The notes beneath the pieces were generated by a model that did no database searches, was not told where the DNA came from, and saw only the letters and a program-made list of their open reading frames with translations. A stretch of DNA of 34,451 nucleotides, taken from a virus. Its lineage: Duplodnaviria > Caudoviricetes. The DNA is taken from positions 1 to 34,451 of the IMG/VR virus record IMGVR_UViG_3300049167_000230. The stretch is one strand, 5' to 3'. Shown here one piece after another: positions 17,459 through 26,621 of this stretch. Position numbers and translations under genes: made by a program. Positions within the stretch are counted from its first letter, which is position 1. Every line of letters starts with the position of its first letter.

Positions 17459-17830
17459 TTACGCCGCCTTTGGGGCGGCCTCGACGTTTCCCTCGTCACC
17501 GTCCATGTGATGGGCAAGGACAGCCTCAAATGCGGCAGCGCAGGCCGGGAAGTGCTTCAAACGAAGCTTCAGTAGGGCCTCCGAAACATTGCCCTTGACG
17601 GCAAGAAGCTCGATGGCGGCAATAGTCGCAGCAACTTCAACGCCAGACAGGCGATAGAACAGGTCGTTCAGCGACTTGCACTGGAGACGGCTGGAGACGC
17701 TCGATAGTCCGCCCATCGTCGCAGCAAGCACAAGCTCGACGTCGTCGATGACGAGGCGCGCTTCTCCACGCGCCTCGTTTACCGGAAACTTGTACACGGG
17801 TTCTGCCATGGTCTTCTCCTCTACAGCCAT
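17459..17830 (-). CDS. Tail assembly chaperone gpG (GTA-gp10-like)
   Basis: VNEARGEARLVID motif; lies between tail tube and tape measure genes. Confidence 0.82.
   Translation of the reverse strand: MAVEEKTMAEPVYKFPVNEARGEARLVIDDVELVLAATMGGLSSVSSRLQCKSLNDLFYRLSGVEVAATIAAIELLAVKGNVSEALLKLRLKHFPACAAAFEAVLAHHMDGDEGNVEAAPKAA
17486..17492 (-). other. Programmed -1 ribosomal frameshift site G GGA AAC
   Basis: In-frame X XXY YYZ heptamer near the gpG end; the -1 frame is open into gpT. Confidence 0.8.
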
Positions 17831-17832
17831 GA

Positions 17833-18258
17833 TCAGGCAGCCGGCGTGAAGGTCGGAGCCTCAGCCGGGACAAAAGTCGCGCTGAATTCCATGTTGTTTT
17901 CGACGTCGCCGGTAAGTTCGTAGTTGGTAACGAAATAGGGTCCAGCGAATGTCCCAAATTGCGGAACAATGATCTGCGCATTGAACTGCGTGCCATTGAC
18001 GACGTACGTGTTGAACGCCGCCTGCGCTGCGCTGGAAACGTAGGCGCCGGAGCCCGTAAACGTCTTCTTCGAAATCCCCGGGCGGCTAGTGCCCTCGACG
18101 ACATCGCCTGGATTCGTGCACGACGGGATCGTCGTGTCAATCTCATTCAGAGACAGACTGAAGCTTCTGGATTTCAGACCACAAAGGTTGCTGAACGTCT
18201 CCGGATCCGCGCCGTCGCCGATTTTGATAAGCAGTGTTCTGCCGAGTTGCTGAGCCAT
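17833..18258 (-). CDS. Major tail tube protein
   Basis: MAQQLGRTLLIKIGDGADPETF...GLKSRSFSL, TP901-1/GTA-type tube; AGGAG ribosome-binding site. Confidence 0.88.
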   Translation of the reverse strand: MAQQLGRTLLIKIGDGADPETFSNLCGLKSRSFSLSLNEIDTTIPSCTNPGDVVEGTSRPGISKKTFTGSGAYVSSAAQAAFNTYVVNGTQFNAQIIVPQFGTFAGPYFVTNYELTGDVENNMEFSATFVPAEAPTFTPAA

Positions 18259-18313
18259 GATAGTCTCCTAGATGTGATGGGAAGCGCGGTTGCGCGTTGG
18301 TGTGCCGCCCGCG

Positions 18314-18724
18314 CTACGCAGTCAGCTTTTCGGTGTTAGCCACGAACTCAATGACCGCGTGGCTGGTCAGACCATCAGAATCGCGGAAAACGCGCGTCTG
18401 ACGATGCATGATCGAAATCAGATGATTGGTCGGCAGCGTGATCGGTGCTAGATGCAAGCTTTCAACGACTGCGTCAGCGATACGCTTGACTTCCGGAAAG
18501 CCTACGGCGCGCGACCATGCGTGCATGGTCAAGTAGACCTGCCCGCCGTCGACACAGAGCGCGTCGTCGCGGATAAACTGCGCCTCGCCGATCGTGAAAT
18601 ATGGGAACGTCACGGACGATGGAGGCTGGTCATAGACTCGCGTGCCGATCAAAACGGTAAGCGGTGCGTCAGCCTTCAGGCGCGTTACTATCGCACCCTG
18701 AAGCTCAAGGTCTGGTGATGCCAT
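18314..18724 (-). CDS. Tail terminator (DUF3168-type)
   Basis: LQGAIVTRLKADAPL...RVYDQPP...FPYFTIGE...HAWSR...DGLTSHAV. Confidence 0.88.
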   Translation of the reverse strand: MASPDLELQGAIVTRLKADAPLTVLIGTRVYDQPPSSVTFPYFTIGEAQFIRDDALCVDGGQVYLTMHAWSRAVGFPEVKRIADAVVESLHLAPITLPTNHLISIMHRQTRVFRDSDGLTSHAVIEFVANTEKLTA

Positions 18725-18725
18725 G

Positions 18726-19214
18726 TCATTTCTTCCCCATGGCTTCCCGCACGCCCTTGTTGACGGCGGCCCTTATCTTGCGCAGAGCCCGTTTTTTGTA
18801 GGCGCGCCAAATCGGGAAGACGTGCGGTCGAGCAATAATGCCCGGGTGTAGTTCCGCTAATGCCTCGTCAGCCGTCGCGCCCGCGCGCATGGCGCCACCT
18901 TTTGTGGTGTTGTGTGGCGCAGTCCCCCATTCCAAGAATCTCCAGTAGAACGGAGCGAACACGGCTGTAGCCGTCGGATCCTTGGACTCTGACGTTCCAA
19001 CCAATTCTTGGTGGGGACGGTTCTTGACGTAGTCGCCCTCGATCTCCGAGGCGTATTCACCCGTGACCTTCGGGGCTGCGGCGGCAATCAGCGATGCCGC
19101 CTCTTTGGCAACCTCAAGCTTTGCAACCGTCGCGTATTTTTCAGCGTTGGGAGCGAGTTGGTCCAGTCTCGCCATGAGCTTCTCACGGCCAAGAACCTTG
19201 GCTCTCATCACCAT
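18726..19214 (-). CDS. HK97 gp10-like tail completion protein
   Basis: FYWRFLEWGT and HPGIIARPHVFP motifs. Confidence 0.85.
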   Translation of the reverse strand: MVMRAKVLGREKLMARLDQLAPNAEKYATVAKLEVAKEAASLIAAAAPKVTGEYASEIEGDYVKNRPHQELVGTSESKDPTATAVFAPFYWRFLEWGTAPHNTTKGGAMRAGATADEALAELHPGIIARPHVFPIWRAYKKRALRKIRAAVNKGVREAMGKK

Positions 19215-19558
19215 CAGGTCGCAACCCCCTGCGTCGCCATCATATCCAGATAGGCGTTCTTCTGGTCATAGTTGGCCACTGACGTGATGTTGAAAATCCG
19301 TGGTGCATTGCGCGCGTCAATGGCCCGCCACGCTGTGGTCACGTCTCTCGTAGCTGTGCTGCTGCGAACGCGGACAATAAAGGGCTGCACGCCGCTGAGG
19401 CGGGCGGCAATCACCGGCTCACCGCCTTTTAGGGGGATAAGTTCGGCAGCATCGGTGAAGACTGTCACGAAATCGCCAGCCACTTCGTTTCCGAAGCCAT
19501 CGTCGACCATCTCACGTTTTTGGAACTCCAGGCGTTCACGCATCTTGCCAGCCGTCAT
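19214..19558 (-). CDS. Head closure / head-tail adaptor (SPP1 gp16-like)
   Basis: MTAGKMRERLEFQKR...DDGFGN; ATG 19558 overlaps the upstream stop. Confidence 0.85.
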   Translation of the reverse strand: MTAGKMRERLEFQKREMVDDGFGNEVAGDFVTVFTDAAELIPLKGGEPVIAARLSGVQPFIVRVRSSTATRDVTTAWRAIDARNAPRIFNITSVANYDQKNAYLDMMATQGVAT

Positions 19559-19698
19559 CGGCGCGTGCCCCACATAATCCGGGCAACACGAAGCGCGTCA
19601 TCAAGGGGGCGCCCCAGATCGAGGCCGATCTTGACGTCAATCACGAAGTCGCCAACCGCCCCGAAGAACCGGAGCGGGCGCACATACCATTTTGTCAT
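19555..19698 (-). CDS. Small hypothetical protein (47 aa)
   Basis: MTKWYVRPLRFFGAVGDF...; ATGA overlaps at both ends; GAGG upstream. Confidence 0.5.
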   Translation of the reverse strand: MTKWYVRPLRFFGAVGDFVIDVKIGLDLGRPLDDALRVARIMWGTRR

Positions 19699-19874
19699 TT
19701 TTGCCTCTTCTGGGGAGCGGCCCTTACTGCGGCACCTGCGGCCAGCGCCTCGGTCGCGCAAGCGCGCGTCACCGAATAACGACCGTCCTTGAACGGCCCG
19801 CCGTCTGGCTTGAAAACGATGTTCACGGCGTCATTGGCTTTCCAGCAGAATTTTACCGCGAACTGGATCCACAT
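19695..19874 (-). CDS. Small neck-region protein (59 aa; absent from the ORF track)
   Basis: Hand translation MWIQFAVKFCWKANDAVNIVFKPDGGPFKDGRYSVTRACATEALAAGAAVRAAPQKRQK; TGATG and ATGA coupling at its ends. Confidence 0.7.
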   Translation of the reverse strand: MWIQFAVKFCWKANDAVNIVFKPDGGPFKDGRYSVTRACATEALAAGAAVRAAPQKRQK

Positions 19875-20284
19875 CAGAGCGCGACGCCTGCATTCTGAAT
19901 CTTGACGGCCAGCACGCTTGTCGACTTGGCAATACCGAGGAAACAGGTGTAATCGCCGGTCGTCAGGTCGGCGACAGGGACGATAGTCCCAGCAGTTCCG
20001 CCAAGGTAATACCCGACGCCCTTCGTAAGGACGGCGCCAACGGTAAGGTCGCCATCCTTGATGACGGCAACTGGCTGGTTTAGTGACGCACTGTTCAGTG
20101 CGATGCCTTTGGCGACGCGAGCCTCGGCGGTCGCGGAATTCGTGTCAGCCAGCATCCACTTATTAGTTGTGGACGAAAGGTAAATCGGTTGCCCGGCGGC
20201 AACTGTCTCGCCGGCGATGCCGGCATCGCGCGTTGCATTGGAACCGGCGACGATCGCGCTGGCTGTCAAACTCAAAGCTGTCAT
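19874..20284 (-). CDS. Putative capsid decoration / head fibre protein
   Basis: Small-residue-rich beta protein (AGETVAAGQPIY...KGIALNSA) in the head-neck module. Confidence 0.6.
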   Translation of the reverse strand: MTALSLTASAIVAGSNATRDAGIAGETVAAGQPIYLSSTTNKWMLADTNSATAEARVAKGIALNSASLNQPVAVIKDGDLTVGAVLTKGVGYYLGGTAGTIVPVADLTTGDYTCFLGIAKSTSVLAVKIQNAGVAL

Positions 20285-20301
20285 TGATGGTCTCCTGCGG
20301 C

Positions 20302-20844
20302 CTAGGCGCCGCGTCTATGGTTGCAAAGCAACGCGTCGAACGCAGACCAACCGGGCAGCTCTTTGTTTTCTCGCTGCTCGTAGGCGTCGGCGATCCAAAG
20401 GAGCATCGCGTGCTTGATCGAGGGAGGAAATTCCTCGTATCCAACCACTGCGGTCAAAGTGATGCGTGACCCGGGCTGAATTGCCGGCCAGTTTTGGCCG
20501 TGCTTTGTGACGATCGCGGCCTCGAGACCATCAAATCGCTCTTCATATACGGAAGCGGCCAGCGTCTGCTGGGCGCCGGCTGTATCGACATATTCGATGC
20601 TAGTGACGGACTGGGCCGGCGCAAGTGACAGCCTCGTCATATCCCCGAAGCAGTCGCACTTGGCTTCGACCGTTTGCGTTGCCAGGGGCGTTCCGCAATA
20701 TCGCTCAACGTGGTCACGTGCTGTGGCGATTAAGCCTTCGAAAAGCCCATCGTCATCATCATGAAGAACGACACACTGGTGCTTCACATCGGCGAGTGAG
20801 ACCGGCTCAGTCGGTGGCGTTGTTACCTTGTGTGGATACCACAT
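20302..20844 (-). CDS. Head-tail connector (gp6/gp15-like)
   Basis: EPVSLADVKHQC...LIATARDHVERYCG...PPSIKHAMLLWIADAYEQRE; ATG at 20844. Confidence 0.9.
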   Translation of the reverse strand: MWYPHKVTTPPTEPVSLADVKHQCVVLHDDDDGLFEGLIATARDHVERYCGTPLATQTVEAKCDCFGDMTRLSLAPAQSVTSIEYVDTAGAQQTLAASVYEERFDGLEAAIVTKHGQNWPAIQPGSRITLTAVVGYEEFPPSIKHAMLLWIADAYEQRENKELPGWSAFDALLCNHRRGA

Positions 20845-21037
20845 CGGTCTTGCCCTTCCTCGTGCGCCGCTCTGGAGCGAGCTGCGCGACCGCTCGTTCG
20901 ACCTTCTCCTCGGTGGCCGGCACTGCAAAACCAGCATCGATCAGCCGGATGGCTTCCTTCTCAGGAAAATCCCGCTCGTCGCCTGGCGAGAGCGAGTATT
21001 CATTGCCGGACAGGCCGACCAACATCTTGATGTTCAT
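20807..21037 (-). CDS. Small hypothetical protein following the capsid gene
   Basis: AAGGAG ribosome-binding site; PGDERDFPEKEAIRLIDAGFA pattern common at this position. Confidence 0.75.
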   Translation of the reverse strand: MNIKMLVGLSGNEYSLSPGDERDFPEKEAIRLIDAGFAVPATEEKVERAVAQLAPERRTRKGKTDVVSTQGNNATD

Positions 21038-21055
21038 GTCATCTCCTTCGAGGAG

Positions 21056-21073
21056 GGCGGGCCGAAGCCCGCC
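21056..21073 (-). other. Stable UUCG-loop hairpin after the capsid gene
   Basis: Minus strand GGCGGGC-TTCG-GCCCGCC with no U tract; likely a 3' mRNA stabiliser. Confidence 0.6.
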
Positions 21074-21081
21074 GTCCTAGC

Positions 21082-22344
21082 TTACGAGGCAGCCGTGATG
21101 AGATGCTTGACGGCAGCAGTATCGCCGAGCTCGCCGTCGAAGCGGATGAGGCCGGCAATGCCGAGATCAGGCCAGAAACGCTCACGCAGGACGCCGATGA
21201 CCGGAGAGCCTACCTTACGGACGAAGTACTTCGAAAAGTCGCCGAACAGCATGACCTTCGCGGCAGCACCGAGAGACGCCATGTCGTCATTGATGCTGTA
21301 ACGGTAGCCCAGCAGCGTTCCGGGCTGGCCGTTCTGAACGTCACCCATCGACCACAGATAGTTGCCGTCGCCGTCCTTCAGCTTACGGATTGCAGCCAAG
21401 GTGGTGTCGGCGAACATGAAGCGCGCCTTCGGCGACCGGCGGTAGGCCGCGTTAACGGAATGGAGCAGGTCGATGATTTCGTCGCCGGTCAGTGCGGCAG
21501 CCGCGGCTGCAGTTTTACCGAGCGAGGAGGCAACAACAACGCCGTTCGGATCACCGGTGCCGTCGCCGATAGTCAGTTCACGGTTCGCGATTCGGCCAAG
21601 GCGTTCGCCGAGCAAGGTGCCCAGCAAGGCTTCGATGTTGAAGATGGAGTCCTGCGCCAATTCCATCGAGAACTTGACGAACTCGGTGTCGTAAACGTAG
21701 GCCGCCAGCTCCTTGTTGCCGAATACGACGTCTTCCGAGCCGTCGTCGGTCAGGGCGGTGCCTTCGGTGTGCTTGGCGCCACTTTTTGCCGTGTCGTTCA
21801 CCGTCGGGATGTTGATGACGTTGCCGCCGGCCGTGGAAATGACCGTTGCGACGTCTTCGTCGTACATCGGACCCCAATCCTTCATCGACTTCACGATGAA
21901 ATTGGCGAGCTCGACGGGCACGGTGTAACCACCCGCAGTCGCAGACGTGGTCTGCATGCGGAATTCCTTAGCCGACTGCACGCCTGCCTTGAGGATCGCA
22001 CGCTCTTCGGTCGAAAGCTCCGCCACGTCGGCGCCGCTGGCGATGAACTTGTAGAACACCTCCCGATATTCCAGCTTCGCGCCATCGTCCTGTCCGCGGG
22101 CTTCGCCGTCGGAAACTGGACGCTTCTGCTTCTGACGCTCTTCGAAGCGAGATTCGATGGCTGCCTGACGCTCTTCGCGTTCAAGGTTCTTCTCGACGCG
22201 ATCGAATTCCGCCATGATGTCGTCGTGGCGCTTGTCAAGTTCCGCAGTGCGAGCTTCGTCGGTGTTCTTGGTGATTTCGTTCAGGGCTTCGCGGGCCTGG
22301 GTCATAAGACGGCCGCGCTTCTCCTGCAATTCCGCTAGGGACAT
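21082..22344 (-). CDS. Major capsid protein, HK97 family
   Basis: Coiled-coil delta domain, AGGYTVP, ELAQDS, GDGTGDPNG, KLKDGDGNYLW, FGDFS; ATG 22344 after GGAG. Confidence 0.96.
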   Translation of the reverse strand: MSLAELQEKRGRLMTQAREALNEITKNTDEARTAELDKRHDDIMAEFDRVEKNLEREERQAAIESRFEERQKQKRPVSDGEARGQDDGAKLEYREVFYKFIASGADVAELSTEERAILKAGVQSAKEFRMQTTSATAGGYTVPVELANFIVKSMKDWGPMYDEDVATVISTAGGNVINIPTVNDTAKSGAKHTEGTALTDDGSEDVVFGNKELAAYVYDTEFVKFSMELAQDSIFNIEALLGTLLGERLGRIANRELTIGDGTGDPNGVVVASSLGKTAAAAAALTGDEIIDLLHSVNAAYRRSPKARFMFADTTLAAIRKLKDGDGNYLWSMGDVQNGQPGTLLGYRYSINDDMASLGAAAKVMLFGDFSKYFVRKVGSPVIGVLRERFWPDLGIAGLIRFDGELGDTAAVKHLITAAS

Positions 22345-22421
22345 GCTGGTCTCCAAATCTTGAATGGTGTTTTGCTGAGAATGGCAGGACGAACGTCCGG
22401 CCCTCCGGCCGTGCCGGGTGA

Positions 22422-23027
22422 CTACGAAGCGCCCTGCCGGATGCCCCGAAACTTCTGCTCCATACCGGCGCGCTTTTCGGCTACCCGGCGAGCGGCGGCC
22501 GCGGCGTTGTCAGATCGACTGACGGCGGCGCGTGCGGCGTCCAGTGACCGCCTTGCGATCGTGGTGTCGTCGTAGGCAGGAAAGGCAACTGCCGACACTT
22601 CGGAAAGCTCAAGTTTTTCGATCGTCCTAACCGGCACGTCGCCTGTCTCATCCCAAGTCTCCTTGGTGACGCGGAACCCGAAGCTCATGCCGCTGATATC
22701 GCCACGCTCGACCGAAACAAGCAGATCGTTACCGACCGTCGTGTCCGGAACATCGATCTCTACGTGCAGGCCCTTGCCGTCCTCCTCAAGGCGCAGCGTG
22801 CCGCTCTTGGTGCGACCGATCACCTTTCCGGTGTCGTGGTCGACCAGTGCGCGAACGTCACCAGAGATTGACTCGGCAAAAGCGCCAGGAGCGATCTTTT
22901 CCTTGAAGTAACTTCCAATCATGGCCAGCCGCTCAAAGACGGCAGCGTACCCAACGAGCGTGCGCTTATCGCCCTCCGCTCGATATTCAACGTCGCCGAC
23001 GAGGCTACGTTTTTCGAAGTTCGTCAT
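22422..23027 (-). CDS. HK97-family prohead protease
   Basis: GYAAVF, E-IAPGAF, DHD, GMSFGF, EVSAVAFPAY. Confidence 0.95.
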   Translation of the reverse strand: MTNFEKRSLVGDVEYRAEGDKRTLVGYAAVFERLAMIGSYFKEKIAPGAFAESISGDVRALVDHDTGKVIGRTKSGTLRLEEDGKGLHVEIDVPDTTVGNDLLVSVERGDISGMSFGFRVTKETWDETGDVPVRTIEKLELSEVSAVAFPAYDDTTIARRSLDAARAAVSRSDNAAAAARRVAEKRAGMEQKFRGIRQGAS

Positions 23028-24304
23028 GCGGCTTCCGCCTCATCATCTTGATTGTCGTTAGCCGCAGGTGGCAAGTCACCACCCGGTGATGCAGTGTTCT
23101 GCCCTTGCCCGGCATCCGTCCGCTGAGAGCCAAGAGGCACAGTTGCCCCTTGCACCAGTAGTTCGTCACCGTTCGGCATTGCTGGCCTGTTCTCGAGCGC
23201 GCGCGCCTCATTCGGCGTCATCTGCGCGGTCTGGATCGCTCTGGCGATACCCTCGACACGGCTCTTGAAGTCGCCTCGCATGAGGCCATCCAAGGCGTGC
23301 TCGATATAACGCCCGACGATGCCGCGGCCGAACATCTTTAGATTCATCTCGTCTTCCAGTGCCTTGGCCCACTGGCCGATCAGGTGCTTGACGAGGTGCA
23401 AGTCCTGCTGTTCGACGTTGCTGAATGTGGCACGAGAGAGATCCTGCAGAAACACGGGTGGCAGTTGCCAGCCGCGGGCAATTTCCTCGACCTGAAAGCG
23501 TCGCGCCTCCAGCATTTGCCCCTTGGCCGGATCGAAACCAACCTGCTTCAACTCGTTGCCAGGTGGGATCGGGAAAATCTGGCTGCCGTTCGATTTTGCG
23601 GAATCGATTGCCCGCTTGATGTCCTCGTGCGCGCGCTTGAGCCCGTCTGGCCCCTGCGGGAGCGGACCAACCAGCGCTAGCGGAGGCACACCGCCACCGG
23701 CGAAGAAGTTCGAGCCATAGTCGTTCATGGCAATCGCAAGTTGGATCGCCTTGGCCGCCTTTGAGATCGGTCCGTAGTGCTTCAAGCCGCATGCCTGAAG
23801 CATAAACGGGACGTCAATTACGTCTGCGGACGGATAACTCTTCCCATCGAACTCGTAGGTTACCTTAAACCCGACGCGTTTCACGGTCGTCTTTGTGGGG
23901 TCCATCGGCCACAGGGCCTCAATGCCCTGCGGCGTCCGTTCAATCCATGCGAGACCGCGGCCGCCGGTGAAAACCTGCGTCCAAAAATATTGCCAGAACT
24001 TGAAGGCACTCATGTCTTCGTTCGGTGCAACGTTGACAACCGTCTCTAACTTGCCGCCGACGCGCTTGGCGCCGTCCTTACTGGATCGGTAGGCGTGCCG
24101 AGGCACCGATGCGAGAGTGCGGGATAGAAACGCGACTGCGGCAAACACGGCAGGTACGTTCAGAGCACTGTCTATCGTAACGTGAGGAACGTTGCCGGAC
24201 TGAATGCCGAAGTAGGTGAGGAAGTTCTCGGCGCTAACGGGAATCCCCGCGTTTTCTGGACTTGCGCGCGATTCGGGCGCGTTCTTCTGGCTAAATGGCC
24301 ACAT
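23024..24304 (-). CDS. Portal protein, HK97 family
   Basis: AVFAAVAFLSRTLASVP, FFAGGGVP, EEIARGWQLPP, TFSNVEQQ, MTPNEARALENRP. Confidence 0.96.
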   Translation of the reverse strand: MWPFSQKNAPESRASPENAGIPVSAENFLTYFGIQSGNVPHVTIDSALNVPAVFAAVAFLSRTLASVPRHAYRSSKDGAKRVGGKLETVVNVAPNEDMSAFKFWQYFWTQVFTGGRGLAWIERTPQGIEALWPMDPTKTTVKRVGFKVTYEFDGKSYPSADVIDVPFMLQACGLKHYGPISKAAKAIQLAIAMNDYGSNFFAGGGVPPLALVGPLPQGPDGLKRAHEDIKRAIDSAKSNGSQIFPIPPGNELKQVGFDPAKGQMLEARRFQVEEIARGWQLPPVFLQDLSRATFSNVEQQDLHLVKHLIGQWAKALEDEMNLKMFGRGIVGRYIEHALDGLMRGDFKSRVEGIARAIQTAQMTPNEARALENRPAMPNGDELLVQGATVPLGSQRTDAGQGQNTASPGGDLPPAANDNQDDEAEAA

Positions 24305-26175
24305 TAATATGCCCCTAATTGCGCAAGCGAGAAACTCGGATCATCCCAAGCAGATGTCTGTGGAGGGGCTGTACCTGGCAGTCCGTCCGAAGCGGAACCC
24401 GTCGCCATGGCAATGGTCACGATGCCGTCAATGCGGCCACGAGACCGTTTCTTGTCGAAGGCACGATTTCCCTGCCCATCGGCATCAACGAGAGCGTTGC
24501 CGGCGCACATGTAGGTGACCGGAGAAACGTCGACGGTGATGGATTTCTCAAGGATTCGATCTTCAAGGCGCTCAATCGAGCGCGGCATGCAAAGGGCGCG
24601 GTCTTCGAAGACAACACGCTTCCCCTGCCCGTGCGCAACCAACTTCAGGCCCTGGCCCTCCGGCTTATCCGGTCCCTCGTACTTCCAAACTGCAAAGCCG
24701 ATCTGTTCGCAAGCTGCGATGAAATCCGCCATGCCGGCTGGGTCGAAGGCGAGGAACTCGACCTCGTGCTCAGAACAGATACGCTTGACCTCGGCGGCCA
24801 CAAAAGTCTTGTCGATAACCGCGCCCGGCACTGCCGTCAGTCCGACAGTCGGATCCTCCGACCATTCGGGATATTTTGCGTTGTCGGACAGAGCGCGTTC
24901 AGCGAGGCCCTCTTTCGTGGTCCAGTACCAAGTCTTGGCATAGAGGTGCCGCTGATCGTCCGCCCAAACGGCACTAAGTGCCGTCAGGTCATTCTTGTCG
25001 GAGAGATCCAGCGACAGCCAGCATTTTTGGCCACGATGCTTGGCCGGGTCCACCCGACCCTGAGCCGCAGCCCATGCGTCTTCTGCAATCCAGAAATCGG
25101 CGGCGCCAATTGGAATGCCAAAGTAGAGCCGCTTTACCGAAAATGATGTCGACAGCAACACGCGAGCTGTGTTCACCTCGCCGCGGATATTCTCGATTGG
25201 GAAGGTGACGCCGAGGGCCGGAAGAGCCTTTTGCCAAACCGCCTCGTTGTCGAAGACTGTGTCGCGATCGGCTTTGTCCACACGGCAGATGAAGGCGAAT
25301 GCTTCGTCGTCGTTGATCTCGCCAAGCGCTACCCTCTGGTAGAATTCCGAATACTCGGTGCCGACGATCTGGGTGGACGCAGGAGTGTTGGTGCCGAGGA
25401 GCATGAGAGCGTCGCCCGGCATCTTGGCAATTGCGCGCTTCCACGTCTCGATGGATGAGTTGTCTCGGAACTCATGAATTTCATCAGCCGCAACCATGAT
25501 AGGCCGAGGACCGGATATGGCCTGGCCATTTGCCAGCGACTGGAATTTGCTTCCCATCTCTGGAAATTCGATTTTCCAGGCGTTGTCGCCCTCGCCCCGG
25601 ATAAGAACTTCGCCCCTTGAGACGAGAGAATCTTCGTCGTCCTCTTCCCCACCAGGAATGGGCGCCCGGCACATGGCGACCGCGTCCTTGAACAGGACGT
25701 TGGCGGTGGCCCGATCTTGTCCGATCGAATAGACCTCAGCGCGCTTCACGCCGTAATATCCGCCCATGTAAAGGCCGGTTGCAGCCATCCACGGAGACTT
25801 GGCCTGACCCTTGCCAGTCTCGACCCAAGCCGAACGGAATCGCATCCGGCCGCTGCTCTTGCGCCAGCCAAACAGGCTTCCCGTGCAGAACAACTGCCAG
25901 GGCAGAAGATTGAACGGCTTGCCCTCGGCGGCGCCTGCCGTAACGGACAGGACAGCGGGCGGAAAGCCAATTGCTCGCTGAGCTAAATCGGGAAGCCAGT
26001 GAAGGCCGCGCGACTGCCCGTCCTTCAAGTCCCGCAGGTGCCTCTCAGCGGCGGCAGCGTGATGCTCCCCGGCAACGATTTTGCCGGCTAGGACGTCGTT
26101 GGCGTATCGAGTGACCGGATCAAGCGTCGGCAGTTTTGAGGTAGGCGTCGGCGGCCCGACTTTTCTTTTTGCCAC
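24304..26175 (-). CDS. terL: Terminase large subunit
   Basis: LLPWQ, Walker A-like GKGQAKS, Walker B AADEIHE, nuclease LDLSDKNDLTA, RIDGIV. Confidence 0.96.
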   Translation of the reverse strand: MAKRKVGPPTPTSKLPTLDPVTRYANDVLAGKIVAGEHHAAAAERHLRDLKDGQSRGLHWLPDLAQRAIGFPPAVLSVTAGAAEGKPFNLLPWQLFCTGSLFGWRKSSGRMRFRSAWVETGKGQAKSPWMAATGLYMGGYYGVKRAEVYSIGQDRATANVLFKDAVAMCRAPIPGGEEDDEDSLVSRGEVLIRGEGDNAWKIEFPEMGSKFQSLANGQAISGPRPIMVAADEIHEFRDNSSIETWKRAIAKMPGDALMLLGTNTPASTQIVGTEYSEFYQRVALGEINDDEAFAFICRVDKADRDTVFDNEAVWQKALPALGVTFPIENIRGEVNTARVLLSTSFSVKRLYFGIPIGAADFWIAEDAWAAAQGRVDPAKHRGQKCWLSLDLSDKNDLTALSAVWADDQRHLYAKTWYWTTKEGLAERALSDNAKYPEWSEDPTVGLTAVPGAVIDKTFVAAEVKRICSEHEVEFLAFDPAGMADFIAACEQIGFAVWKYEGPDKPEGQGLKLVAHGQGKRVVFEDRALCMPRSIERLEDRILEKSITVDVSPVTYMCAGNALVDADGQGNRAFDKKRSRGRIDGIVTIAMATGSASDGLPGTAPPQTSAWDDPSFSLAQLGAY

Positions 26176-26539
26176 GCGCCACCTTTGTCGTCTTGCCGCG
26201 GCTAACCGGGTCTAGCCCGAGTTTTGACTCCAAGACCACGATCCGAGCGTCGGCCTGCTGCATCGCCGACCAGTGGGGGTTCCATTGGCCGACTTTTGCT
26301 CGCTTGCTTGTGAGGAGTGCGCCGTGCTCAGCGACGTGCCTTGCCGACTTACGGTACTGGACGCGAAATTCGACCAGCCGGGTAACCGCGTTGGCGTTGG
26401 CATCGGCGATCGTTCCCGCCGCTGAGAGATCTGCCATCACGGCGCGCCATTGCTCCTCGGCTTCGGCGACATCAAGTGGATCAGGATAGGACGCACTCCA
26501 GTCGGGAGCGTCGAGAAACGTTGATTCTTGAGCCGACAT
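26120..26539 (-). CDS. terS: Terminase small subunit (P27 family)
   Basis: NPHW...LGLDPVSR motif; ATG 26539 after a G-rich ribosome-binding site; overlaps terL. Confidence 0.88.
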   Translation of the reverse strand: MSAQESTFLDAPDWSASYPDPLDVAEAEEQWRAVMADLSAAGTIADANANAVTRLVEFRVQYRKSARHVAEHGALLTSKRAKVGQWNPHWSAMQQADARIVVLESKLGLDPVSRGKTTKVARGKKKSRAADAYLKTADA

Positions 26540-26621
26540 CCGATCATCCCCCCTCTTTGAAAATGGTCTCGGTGCGAATGGAGGAGCGTCACAGATACAG
26601 CAGGCCGACGGCGCCAGATCC
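26540..26621. other. Candidate cos (packaging) region
   Basis: Gap between HNH and terS flanked by G-runs, the usual cos location in HK97-like phages; exact cut site not determinable. Confidence 0.45.

Noticed and set aside
17259-19558. Gene transfer agent
   Set aside because: Tail genes are GTA-like, but HNH/cos-type packaging, replication genes, integrases and a long tape measure indicate a true prophage.
21103-22338. 411-aa + strand ORF
   Set aside because: Exact antisense shadow of the capsid gene, expected from GC-rich codon bias; no motifs.
24319-25146. 275-aa + strand ORF (likewise 32277-33116, 15014-15640, 28343-28987)
   Set aside because: Antisense to well-supported genes (terL, primase, tape measure, regulator); no ribosome-binding site or domain signal.
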